Assembly (NCBI RefSeq): GCF_036971445.1
Contig: NC_091478.1
Span: 93,806,001 to 93,870,000, forward strand
Direction: 5' to 3'
DNA from: Narcine bancroftii
Lineage: Eukaryota
Length of the DNA stretch: 64,000 nucleotides
Shown here: positions 37,938-49,400 of the stretch, piece after piece
Position numbering within the stretch: the first letter of the stretch is position 1
Layout: each line of letters begins with the position of its first letter
Notes under the pieces: model-generated
What the model was told of the DNA's origin: nothing
Seen by the model: only the letters and a program-made list of their open reading frames with translations
The model's database searches: none
Program-made: the position numbers and the translations under genes

Positions 37938-38038
37938 CCAATTGGACTGTGAAGTGGGAGCCAATCGGAATGTGGGGAAATAAGCCAATGGGAGCGGCGA
38001 GATTTACAGTCAATGGCGTCGCGGAGAAGGAAACCAAT
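37938..38038. promoter_or_regulatory. SNTB2 proximal promoter with phased CCAAT boxes
   Basis: CCAAT at 37938, 37961, 37985 and 38034; TCAAT at 38010. Confidence 0.7.
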
Positions 38039-38299
38039 GGGAAACGGCGAAAAGACCACAAGACATAGGAGCCATTCAGCCCATCAAGTCCCCCCCACTC
38101 AACTCCCACGGCTTCTCCCCATAAACTTTGATCTTTTGGCTAATCAGGAACATCAATCTCAGCCTTAAATGCAACCAATGACCGGCCTCCACCACTGCCT
38201 GTGGGAACAAATCCACAGATTTACACCCTCTGGCTAAGGAAATTCCTCTGCATCTCTGATTTACAGGATATAAACTCCATACACAAAAATTTCACCTTT

Positions 38300-39480
38300 G
38301 AAAACCTGAAGCCCTCCCTTCTACTAACTGAGCACATCCTTTCCAGAAAACGACCCATCCCAGTCCACACTTTGTAGATCCTTTCTCATTTCCTCAAAAT
38401 TGGCCTTTCTCCAATTTAGAATCTCAACCAGAGGACCTAACCTATCATTATCTTGAAATTAATAGCATTAACACCAGAAACAAAGTATTTCCCTAGACAT
38501 ACTTCTGTCACCTATCCAGTCTTGTTCCTTAATCATCTACTATCACAACTTCACGTTTCTTGCAGCTATTTCTCTAGATTTGCTTCTTCAATTCTGACTA
38601 TTGGGTGGCCTATAATACAATCCCATTAATGTGGTAATACCTTTCCTGTTCTTCAACTTCACCCATATAGCCTCACTAGACAAGGCCTGGACTGTGCTAT
38701 CTGAGCATAGCTGTGATATTTTCCGACGAGCAAAGCCACTCACTCCTCCCCCTTTCATTCCCCCTGCTTTATCGCATCTGAAACATTGAATCCCTGGAAC
38801 ACAAAGCTGCAATTCCTGTCCTTCCAACAACGAGGTTTTAATAATGGTCACAATGTCATAATTTCACTAAGATAGGCTGCCTTTCCTACAATACGCCTTG
38901 AATTGAAATAGATGCACCTGAGAACATTATTTCCACAAAGCATAATCCTTTCATTTTTGTACGCAGTCTTAACATCAACTATCTGCTCTGGTACTCTCGT
39001 GCCCATCCCACTGCAACCCAAGATTAACCCCCCTGACCCCCCCCCCCCCCCCCAAGGCAGCACTATCATATCTTCCTCCACGTCAAATGCAAACCGTCCC
39101 CTTGGAACAGGTCCCACCTTCCCTGGAAGAGAATCCAGTGATCCAGAAACCTGAAGCCATCCCTTCTGCACTATGTCTTTAGCCACATGTTAAGCTGCAT
39201 TATCCTCCCATTTCTAGCACGTGGTACAGGTATCAATGCTGAGATCACAACTCTGGAGGTCCTGTCCTTCAACTTCGCATCCAACTCCCTGAACTTTCTT
39301 TGCAGGTCCTCTCACCCTGCCTACCCACATTTTTGGTCCCTACATGGACCATGACATCTCGCTGCTCACCCTCCCTCCTGAGCATGCTGTGAATTCGATC
39401 TGAGATATCCCAGACCCTGGCACCTGGGTGGCAACAGACCATCTGGGATTCTTGATCTCTTCTACTGGACTTCTTATCTG
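38300..39480 (-). mobile_element. CR1 5' region: ORF1 SGNH-esterase remnant and ORF2 AP-endonuclease remnant
   Basis: PGARV-DI and VMVHVGT (ORF1); YFNSRRIVGK, FRCDK-GGMKGGGV, SEAIWVKLKN and GLYYRPPNS (ORF2). Confidence 0.8.
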
Positions 39481-39759
39481 TTCCCCTAACTATTCTTTTT
39501 TAAAAAAAAATATTTTTATTGATTTTAATAAAGAACTTAAAAACCTATACAATTCAATAATATGGACAGTTTCACAAGACATTCTGTATACCACTAACAT
39601 ACATAAATTGTAAATCATATCTATAATTCGTATTCTAAAAAGTAAAAGAAAAACTCAAATCCCTTACCTAACTGCCTTGTCAATGTTCCTGTATCTATTA
39701 AATACCCTATAACTGTGGCTCAGCTCTTCTCTGCCCCAGACACCTGACCCAATCTTAAC

Positions 39760-40710
39760 CTGGAGTTTATCCCATCCATTCCTGCTTATCTATCCAATTT
39801 GTAAGAAGATCCAGCACTTCCTCTTTCTTAATCTCTACATGCTCTAGCACATTAGTCTGTTCTACACTGACCTCACATTCTTCCAGTCCTCCTCCTTGGT
39901 GAGCATTGAAGTATTCATTTAGGAGATCTTTATTTCTTCCACCTCCTGGCATATGTGCCTCCTTTTATCCTTAATTGGCCCTAATTCACTCTCATCTTTT
40001 GTTCTTCGCAGACATTTAGAGTGCCCCAAGGTCTTCTCACACCCCCCTTCCAGCTCTCCTAAGTCTTTGCTTAAACTCCTTCATAGCTACCATACAATTC
40101 TCATGAGCCCCTCTTGTGTTTTGCTTCCTAAACCTTGAATGGTTCCTCCTTCCTCCTAATTGTCGCACCTCTCTGGCCAGCCATGGTTCCTCTACTCTTC
40201 CATTTAATTGGAACCAACCCATCCAGTAGCCCCTAAACATTCTCCACATTGCTGCTGCGTTCCCCACCCCAACCACCCAGAGAACATCTGTTCCCAATCA
40301 ACTCTCCTAACATTTTACCTTAACCTGGGATAAGCCTTCCCCGATTGAACTCTTTCCCATTTTCCAACTCTTATTCTTGTCCAAAGCTGTGCTAAAGATG
40401 TGGGAGTTGTAGTCTCCGTCTCTGAATGCTCACCCACCAGAAAGTCCCTCACCTGACCAGGTTTATTACCCAGTACGAGGTCCAGTATGGTCTCCTCTCA
40501 AGTTTGCATGTCAGGAATGCTTCTTGGACACACCTGATAAATTCTGTCCCATCTGAACCCTTTGCACTAAGGAGGTGCCAGTCAATATATGAAAGTTGAA
40601 GCCTCCCATAACAACAACCCTGTTATTTTTGCACCTTTACAAAATCTGCCTACATATCTGCTCCTCAGTGTTCCGGGCATATAGAATACTCCCAATATAC
40701 TGATTGCCCC
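39760..40710 (-). mobile_element. CR1 ORF2 fragment (endonuclease-to-RT linker)
   Basis: VVVMGGFNF, DLVLGNKPGQV and LLNEYF motifs. Confidence 0.75.
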
Positions 40711-41812
40711 TTTTCAGTTTATTCATAACTATAAAAATTGAAGATGTTTCCATATTATGTTAAAAAAAATCAAGACAAGAGAGACTGCCAATTCTGGAAT
40801 AACTCAGCTGGTCAATCAATATCTGTGGAAGCAAAAGGTGCGTCAATGTATTGGGTTGAAATCCTGCATCAAATTCTGGACCCATCGCCTCCATATATGC
40901 TGAGTTTTTCCAGTGTTGTTTTTCGCATTCATAAAATATTTGATTTTTCTGATTTGATCTTGTGCAAACTTTTGACTTAATTTCATCTTACTATTTTTTG
41001 AACAACATTCTGAAATATTGAGCAGAATCTGGCATGTACACTTCTCCCAACATAGAGCAAGATTTTGAAATTAACTCTTTCTTCCACTGGGAACATTCAT
41101 TATCTGAATTGTATCTCCTCCTCATTGATTAAACTCAACTTAGATTCAAAGTAGCTCTTTCCAGTCCATTTTTGCTGAGTTATTTATCTGCTTGTTGAAT
41201 TCAACCTTTCTCTAAATGACTTTCCTTCAAGTGTTCTCAAAAATCAATCCATGATCCGGTCCTTAATCACCACCCATTCTTCTCCCCTGTTCAGTGTTAG
41301 CAGACTGACACATAATAAAATTACATCGTTGCCGTGTTGCAGGTAGTAGCCAGAAGCACACTTTAAGCCTACATTTTGAGAACTCTCACTTCAACTCTTG
41401 GTCTTTGTTCAGCCTGGTCCTTCAGTGCTCAGCTGCGGCAGTGTTATTGGCTTCAATGAAAATACGTCTGAGGTTGCAATGCGTTTTATTGACAGAGCAT
41501 CTTCAATGTTGGAGTAACCAGACCGAATCAAAATGCTGCCATGGGCTTCTGCCTTCACATTGAATGAACAGCATCACTGTATCTAATTCCTATTGGCTTC
41601 TTCCCAAAAGTTGGAACTAGTGAATTGGGCAACAACAGATGATCCACAATGACACTTCTTAATTCTTCGGGATTCCTGGAGAAGATTCCATTGCAACGAG
41701 AAAGAATTTGAAGTGATTTTTTAAAAATTGTCCCAAATATGGTAGCAACCATTTGTGCAAAATTCAGAATAAAGTAACAGTCAGTTATGGTCACAGTTGG
41801 AAACCAACAATA

Positions 41813-41818
41813 TTTATT
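41813..41818 (-). terminator. Candidate UTP4 polyadenylation signal AATAAA (alternative at 41485-41490)
   Basis: TTTATT on + about 115 nt past the UTP4 stop; no transcript evidence. Confidence 0.35.
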
Positions 41819-41932
41819 TATACAAAACATTATTTTTTTGAAAATCCAAGGCAAATTTTAGACAACAGTTCAGTCAGCTATTTGAAAGCAGAAATATATT
41901 GGAAACTGATGAAAATCAGACCCAGAAAACAA

Positions 41933-42049
41933 CTAAGTGGCAAATTTCTTCTGTCGGATCATTGCAGGCAGCTGTGCATTAATGTCCATGATGGGACGCT
42001 CCACCACAACAAGAGAGCCATCCAGCAACAGCTCCACATGGAGCAGAGG
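41933..42049 (-). CDS. UTP4: UTP4 coding exon 16 (last)
   Basis: PLLHVELLLDGSLVVVERP...KKFAT*; 117 nt. Confidence 0.95.
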   Translation of the reverse strand, partial: PLLHVELLLDGSLVVVERPIMDINAQLPAMIRQKKFAT

Positions 42050-43404
42050 CTGCAGAGAGAAAGGAGGATCAAAACAGATCTTCAACTGTGCGACTATTGA
42101 ACTGAGCAAATTCAAAAGACATTTAGACAGATTTGCACACTTCACACCCATAGCTCAATTTTATTTCATCCATGTACCTAAGAGTCTTTTGTATGTCTCT
42201 CTCATTCCAAAGGAGATGATAATGGGCAAAATACCAATGTAACAAGCTTGGATTTTCAAAACACATATAAAGTAGGAGTGATGGGATTGGGAATGATACA
42301 TTATAGACTGAGGATTAATTAAAGAGCAGAATCTGAATAAAATGTTAATTTTCAGTTTGTTGGATAGGTGGTATGCCACAATGAGAGGTAAACACCTCAG
42401 CTATTTGCAATCTAATTTAATATTAAATACAGTACTCAGTCTTCTCATCTGAATTTTCTTGATAATAAAAATTGATGTTAAGGTACCTCTGCCTTTTTAA
42501 AAAAAAAATTACTTATACAGGTACACAATCCAGAAAGCTCCGAGAGGGAGAGGGAGAGGGAGAGGGAGAGGGAGAGGGAGAGGGAGAGGGAGAGGGAGAG
42601 GGAGATAGCAGTGCGACTCGGGCAGGCGGAGAGAGGAGAGAGACGGCAGCACGACTCGGATGGGCAGGGGGAGAGATGGCAGCGAGACTGGAAGGGGGGG
42701 ATATGGCAGCACAATTCGTGTGGGCTTAAATCTGGGGCAGCTGTCTTTGGTTCTGAAATCCGGAAAAATCCAAAATTCGGAACACACTGTCCCACAAGGG
42801 TTTCGGATAAAGGATTGTATACCTGTATTCTATACATGACAATACAAACTGATTTGTGGAGCAGACAGAGCAGTTGGTTAAACTATGAGGGTCTGTTATA
42901 AAGTGGTTTCTTTAGTTTACTCCAATATTTCAAGTAATTCATGAGGTTACACTTTCAGGAAGTGATTATCAATTTGCACTGGATACACCTCACTCAAAGA
43001 AATTTTCAAGACATTTCAGAGATTTTGAAGGCTAGAAATTATGACACCTTCAAATTCCATTTCCAGTTTCACCACTGCACCTCTCACCTTTCTGCATCTT
43101 AAGCTTTCTCAGGAGGTTCCCTTCTTTGCCTTATCCTATTAAGATATGTACTAAATTCTACAATCAAAGTGCAACAGAAACAGTTTCCTTCAAAAGGGCC
43201 AGTAAAAAAAAATTAAGATAGTACAGAAGTGTTGACAAATAATTTTTGATTTTGCACACCAAGTCATGATCGGTGAAATCTAATTTAATATTAAATACAG
43301 TACTCAGTTTTCCCATCTGAATTTTCTTGATAATAAAAATTGATGTTAAGGTACCTCTGCCTTTAAAAAAAAAAATAGTTATACAGGTACACAATCCAGA
43401 AAGC

Positions 43405-43486
<82 letters not shown>

Positions 43487-46400
43487 GGCAGTGCGACTCG
43501 GGCAGGGAGAGGGAGGAGAGAGTAGTTGGATTTCTCATGATCCTTTCAACAAAGAATTAGATAAATATTTCAAGGCAAACATATTGCAATGTAGGTGGGG
43601 GGGATCAATTAGAAAGTTCTTTAACTGAACTATGAAGGCAAATGGAGTTAAATTCCTACTTTTGACCTGTAACATTAAGGCAAGTGCAGGAAAAATGGAT
43701 TGAACAGAGTGGGATATTACAGACACTGGGAATCTGGGATCAAAATGGACAACTCAAATGAACAATACTCGCTCAGATCCGGTACGTCAAATTTGTTGAT
43801 CCCAGAACATTCAATGAACCCCTAAATCTTACCTTGTACTTCTTACAGATTTTGAAGGCATGCTCTTGTTTCTTACGAGCATGTACAGGCATGAGCTTCA
43901 AAGTGCCTTGGTTATAAAGGTGTAATCGTTCGTTGGGTAGAGGCTGGAAAGAATTAATGGAAATTCATCTTGAGCATCAAACAATGTCAGTCAATAAGCA
44001 AGAGCAGCCCACTTACCAGATAATGGAGTGACCAGAGGGAGCATTGTGTTAGTGGATTGGGGGGAGGGTTAAGACTGGAGTGTGAAGGTAAGATGTCAGG
44101 GGTCTCTATAGAAAAATTAACTTGGAAATATGAACTGGGAGGCTTACAATTACCCAATTTTAAAAATTATTATCAAGTGGCTCAAATGAGATTTCTTCCT
44201 TTTTTTGAGCAAGGAGATAAACCTGCATGGGTGAAAATAGAATTGGATAAAATAGAAGAGGAAACAGCAGAGGACTTTATATATAAATGGGATATGGTGA
44301 GAGAGAAAAAACCCCTTTGCTAAAACACTTAATCAGTGTTTGGTACAAAATAAATAGTGATTTTGGAATGGTGGGGGTGGGGGGGGGAGGCTTATCACCC
44401 AAAACTCCCCTGACTCATAATAGAACAATGGGCAATGAAATTTTTAAAATCTGGTCTTGTAAAGGAATCAGATATATTGAAGATTGTTATGAGCAGGGAC
44501 AATTGATGTCATTTGAATAATTCAAAACTAAGTGTGGAATTCTTAACAACACAATCTTCTGCTATTTTCAAATAAGAGTTTAGCGAAGGGATAAATTGGG
44601 CCCAACAATGTTTTTAATCAAATTGTAGTGATGTGGAGACTCTGACTCGAAAGGGAATTAGAAAGAAATTCACTTCAGCAACGGATCTCTTACTTCAAAC
44701 GGGACTCCCCCCATTTGCATCAGTTATATCTCACACCACAGAAATTAAATTCAGACTTATCAGACCGAGTTTTAGATGTGGTGGAGAGGTATGATTTTTT
44801 TTTTTTTAAACGTTCAACTTGGTTATGTTCCTAAGTGAGATCTTTTTGGGAAATTTCTTAGAGCAAATTAATTAAATTTCCTGGGATAACACCGCATCTG
44901 AAACTATCCAAACATCAAACAGAATTTGTTAAAATTGTGTTGGCAGTGGCTAGAAAATGTATAGCAGTTGCATGGAAGTCTGATTCATGGCACATTGGAA
45001 TGCAGAAATACACAGCTGCATTCCCCTTGAGAAAATTAGCTATAACTTAAGAAATAAGTACGACATATTTCTACAAGATTGGTGTCCGTATTTCAGAAGT
45101 AAATCTTTAATTGTGTTCTGCCTAACCCTCGAGACCTGCATTGATTTTCACCAAAGAAAATTAAATAGAACATCAATTTATGATCTGTGGAGTATGCGGC
45201 ACCTTTCAGCAATCCATTCTCTCTTTTCTTTTATCCTTTCCTTGCTTTTTCTTTATATCTACTCTTTTATTTGGGCCATTTTTCTTGGGTGGGTGGGGGT
45301 TGGGGCATCATCATGGAGTAAATATCGGATTTCTATTTGTACTTGTAATTTTTTTAATTGACTGATGTATGGTCAAAAATTTTAAATAAATTTTTAAAAA
45401 TACTGCAGTGTGGCTGGTGGCGAGACTGCCAAGTCTGCTGGACAAGCCGACATAAAAATCGGTTGGTTGGAGACTAAAGGAAAGGGTAGAGAGGCCTGTG
45501 AGATAAGAGGGCCAGGAGAGCATTCGGCAAGTCCACTTACCAGTGACTGGTCAATAATACAGAACATGTATGTATCATGAATGATAATCTGTGTTGCCAC
45601 TCGAGGGTTGAAAGTGATGTGTATTACAGGCGTGTCCCTTTCCAGCCAGAGTGAATGCAGCCCCTGTTGTTGCAGTTTACGGCTCCAATCTGTGTACTTC
45701 TTCTCATTGATGCTGAATTCAAAAATCTGAGATTAAATTAAGAAAAACAATAGCTAACCACACCTGGAAAAGAATGCCACACCCATTAAGAAATTATTCT
45801 AATATCTCACTTTTGAAGAGCTGGAGTTAGAGCCCCACTCATGCCCCTTTGAAAGCTTTTCAATCTGCTACCAATAGCTTTTGAAGCAGAATCTTCTAGT
45901 TTACTATATTAAAAAAAGTAAATCTTTCTTAAAAATACTTCAATTCTTTGGTTATTAATCTTTCCGACCCTTTGATGTTTGGAATTATTTTCCTCTGCAC
46001 CGTCCACAAACTTTGTCATCTTCCTAAAGCACGATTCCCACTATTGTAGTGTTGGCTTTCATGCTGACCCCTGGGAATATCACCATAGCTAAAATCAACT
46101 ATCTTAAGGTCAATCAGTCACCACTACACTAAACTGCCTTGAAGGGCTCAAGCTCAAAACGTTGGTTATGCACCTTTATCATTGCTATATAAAGTACACT
46201 TTTTGACTTGCTGAGTTTCTCAGCATTGTGTTTAATTGAATCTCTGCATCTGCAGACCTTCATGTTTTATTCCTCTGTGATAGTCCAGATTCTATCACCA
46301 ATGTGTATATGTACAGATGGTAGTGTTGGATGACTGTGATTGGCTGAGAGTGTAGCCACACCTACTGGCAGGTCTTAAAGGATTGCTCCTAGCCAGACCA

Positions 46401-49400
46401 GGTCATTCTGGATTGGTCGACCTACTTGTGATACGCTCCAGTCTTTTAGTTAATAAAAGCCTTGGTTTGGATCAACAAGTCTTTGGTTCTTTCGACGCGC
46501 ATTACAATTTTATTAACTAAAATAAATTTTGAAGGGATGGAGCGCATGCTATGGCTGGAACGCCTCGACATCGACCCACAGTCAGCTACAGCCTCGAATG
46601 ACCTTGAGCACTGGGTGAGATGCCTCGAAACATACTTACAGCTCTCTGATCCTGCCGTGATAGAGGACAGCTGTCAACTACTAATATTGATGACTATGGT
46701 GTCCCCGAGAGTCTACCTGAATGTCCAGGACGCGACCACTTACGCCACAGCCATGAAGGTGCTGGAAGGGCTCTACAAGCGACCAGTGAACAGGTCTATA
46801 CTCAGTACAAACTTGCTGCAAGGAGGCAACAGCCCGGTGAGTCCTGTAAAGCTTATATTCAGGTTAGGGCAGGGACTGTGCCTGCACAGACAGAACTGCT
46901 GCGGAGACCACAGACGATCTCATTTGGGATGCCTACGTGGCCGGGGTTCAATCGAATGAGGTGAGGCAGCACCTGCTAGAGCACGGGGGAGAAATCCTAG
47001 AGGACGTGATCCGGATCGCAGAGACGATGGAGGTTGCGGTCTTAAGTATGGACATGTACTCTCGGGGCTGGATCCCACACTCTGATGTGAGTAGGATGCC
47101 CTCCCTCTACCCTACTACTGTCGCTACGCTGCCTGATGCAACCCCAAAGTATCATTTCTGCGGGAAGAACAAGCACAGCAGGTCCCAGTGCCCGGCGAGA
47201 AAAGCCAGGTGCCGGAAGTGCCTTAAAAATGGCCACTTTGTTGCAGTCTGTCGCTCCAAAATGGCCACCGTCAAACACAGTGCCTCGTGTGAAGCCAAAT
47301 CGCCTCTCCATTTTAAACACTTCTTCCTCAGAGCTCTCGTTGAATGAGAGCGAAGACTCCACCGCGCGGCAGCGCCTGACGTCATGGAGCAGAAGCCGAG
47401 CGCAGAAGGTACAACCCACCCTCACCACAATGACGTTCACCCTAACGTTCGACCAGGCCCCAGCCTTGACCTCAATGCCCGCCGCTACCGCCGACCAGGG
47501 ACCCGCTTACATCCTCTCACCACTATATTGCTTTCCAAGTTACCAGCCTCTCCTTACCTTTTAGCCTTCGCTGGAGTTCAGATTTCTACAGGAATCACAG
47601 ACAAGAGTCCTTCCTGTAGGACAAAATTACATATAGGACCATATCACAAAGGTAGCCAGTATACATGCACAGTATCTTACCTGCTGATCTGCATGTACAG
47701 TGATCAGGTTGTTCGTGTGTGGATTGATGGCGATAGCAGTGGGAAGGTGGTTATAGACTGGAACAGTACAATGATGCTGTGTGGAGGAGGGAAAAAAAGC
47801 AAGCATGAAACTTTGGCATTTCATTCCTCCCATCACCCAGCTCTTTCTCCATCTTACCCTGTCCCCTCTCTCTTTCTTGAACCACACCATTTTTCCTCCT
47901 CCACCCTATTGAGTTGCTCTCCCCTCACTACACTGCAACCCATACGCTGCTTCCCTCTATCTTCCCTACCCAGGTGCAGTCCAGCCCACCCTTCATTAAT
48001 GTGCTCTCTCCCAGTATTTCTGCTCTCTTACCTTTAATTCTGTGAGGTTGTAAATGTTAATTTCATAATTGCAACTTGCAGCTGCCAACCAATTACCATC
48101 TTCACTCACCGCCAAAAGGCAGATGGTTGTGGGGTTATCTATAGTACAGAAAACACATCAGAGGAACCCCTGGAAACACAAGCTCCAGTAAGAGTTGACA
48201 CAATCCCCACACTGCCCCATGCCGATGGCATTTATCCCTCTTCCTTCCCCGCCCTCCCAAGGCAATTAGCACCCCCTCCATAAATCTTCGTCCGCGAAGC
48301 CAAGCCAAAGAAGAAGAGCAGAATTTAAATTAATGAATTACCCCAGAGTTTTCTCACTGCAACCTGCAGTTCCATTTATGACAAAGAATCAAATACATCA
48401 CAATATTACACGAGGCAGCAAAACAGTATAGTTTTTAAAACTTCAATCACATTGTTTCAATTCCCTTTAGCTACATTCCAGTTCCAAGCAAATAGCCATG
48501 AGGCTTCATCAACAGCGTATTCGAATAGAAGACTCACCAGATTTCGGTGCGAGGCAAAGTCTGCTCTTGAAAGCCAACATCGGTAAAGGTACAACCTGAA
48601 TCCGGCTATGATCGAAGGCGATAAACAACTTGGTGGAATCAGCAGAAAAGAGCAACTGATGAGCTGATGGCAAAGTCTTTGCAAACTTCCGGAACTGTAA
48701 GAAAGAGTTAAATTCTGAAACTTCTCTCAGCACAGATCCACTCACTTTAGACACTGAAACAATGGCTCTGTCTTTGCAGACTACTTTTCCCTTGAGTGAT
48801 TACAACATTTCCCATTTGTATTCCCGATTTCCAGAATATGCATTTTAAAAATGTTCATATTAGATCTCAGCAACAGACACCATACAGCTTTATAAATGCT
48901 TCACTGGTCTCACACACACTGCATCACATCCATCACCCCAGCATCCATCATTACCTCCATTTATAGGATTTTAATTTCACTCAACACCCATTACTACCTC
49001 AGTCAGAAAAGAAAATCATCATACCACATTAACTTTGATGGAGTCATTCTTGTAGTGTATCCGATATAGACGTAGTCTATGGATCGTTGAGAATGCAATC
49101 CATGTTCCACAAGGAGACAGTGCACAGGACCGTATGTGATGGCAACTCTACAAAAACACAAGAGAAGAAACTCAGCTTGATTATACCAGACAGCAGTGAC
49201 TCCCACAGCACCCAGAATCATATCTTCACAGGCCATTCAGCCTATTGTGTCTGCACTAGCTCTTGAGCAGAGCAACACTCTACTTCCACTCCAATCCTGC
49301 CATCCTTTCTGACCTACTGATCCTATTCCCTCTATTAGGTCATAAAGAACAGTATCCTCACCACAATGACATAGTTTAGGAGATTTAGACAGTACATGGA

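Noticed and set aside
37896-37988. N-terminal extension of SNTB2 given by the ORF track
   Set aside because: It starts at a non-ATG codon and overlaps the CCAAT boxes; the first in-frame ATG is at 37895.
42472-43560. ORFs with EGEGEG, SLSLSL or ERERER runs
   Set aside because: Microsatellite translations.
46462-47347. Domesticated gag gene
   Set aside because: It is frameshifted, still attached to its LTR, and truncated.
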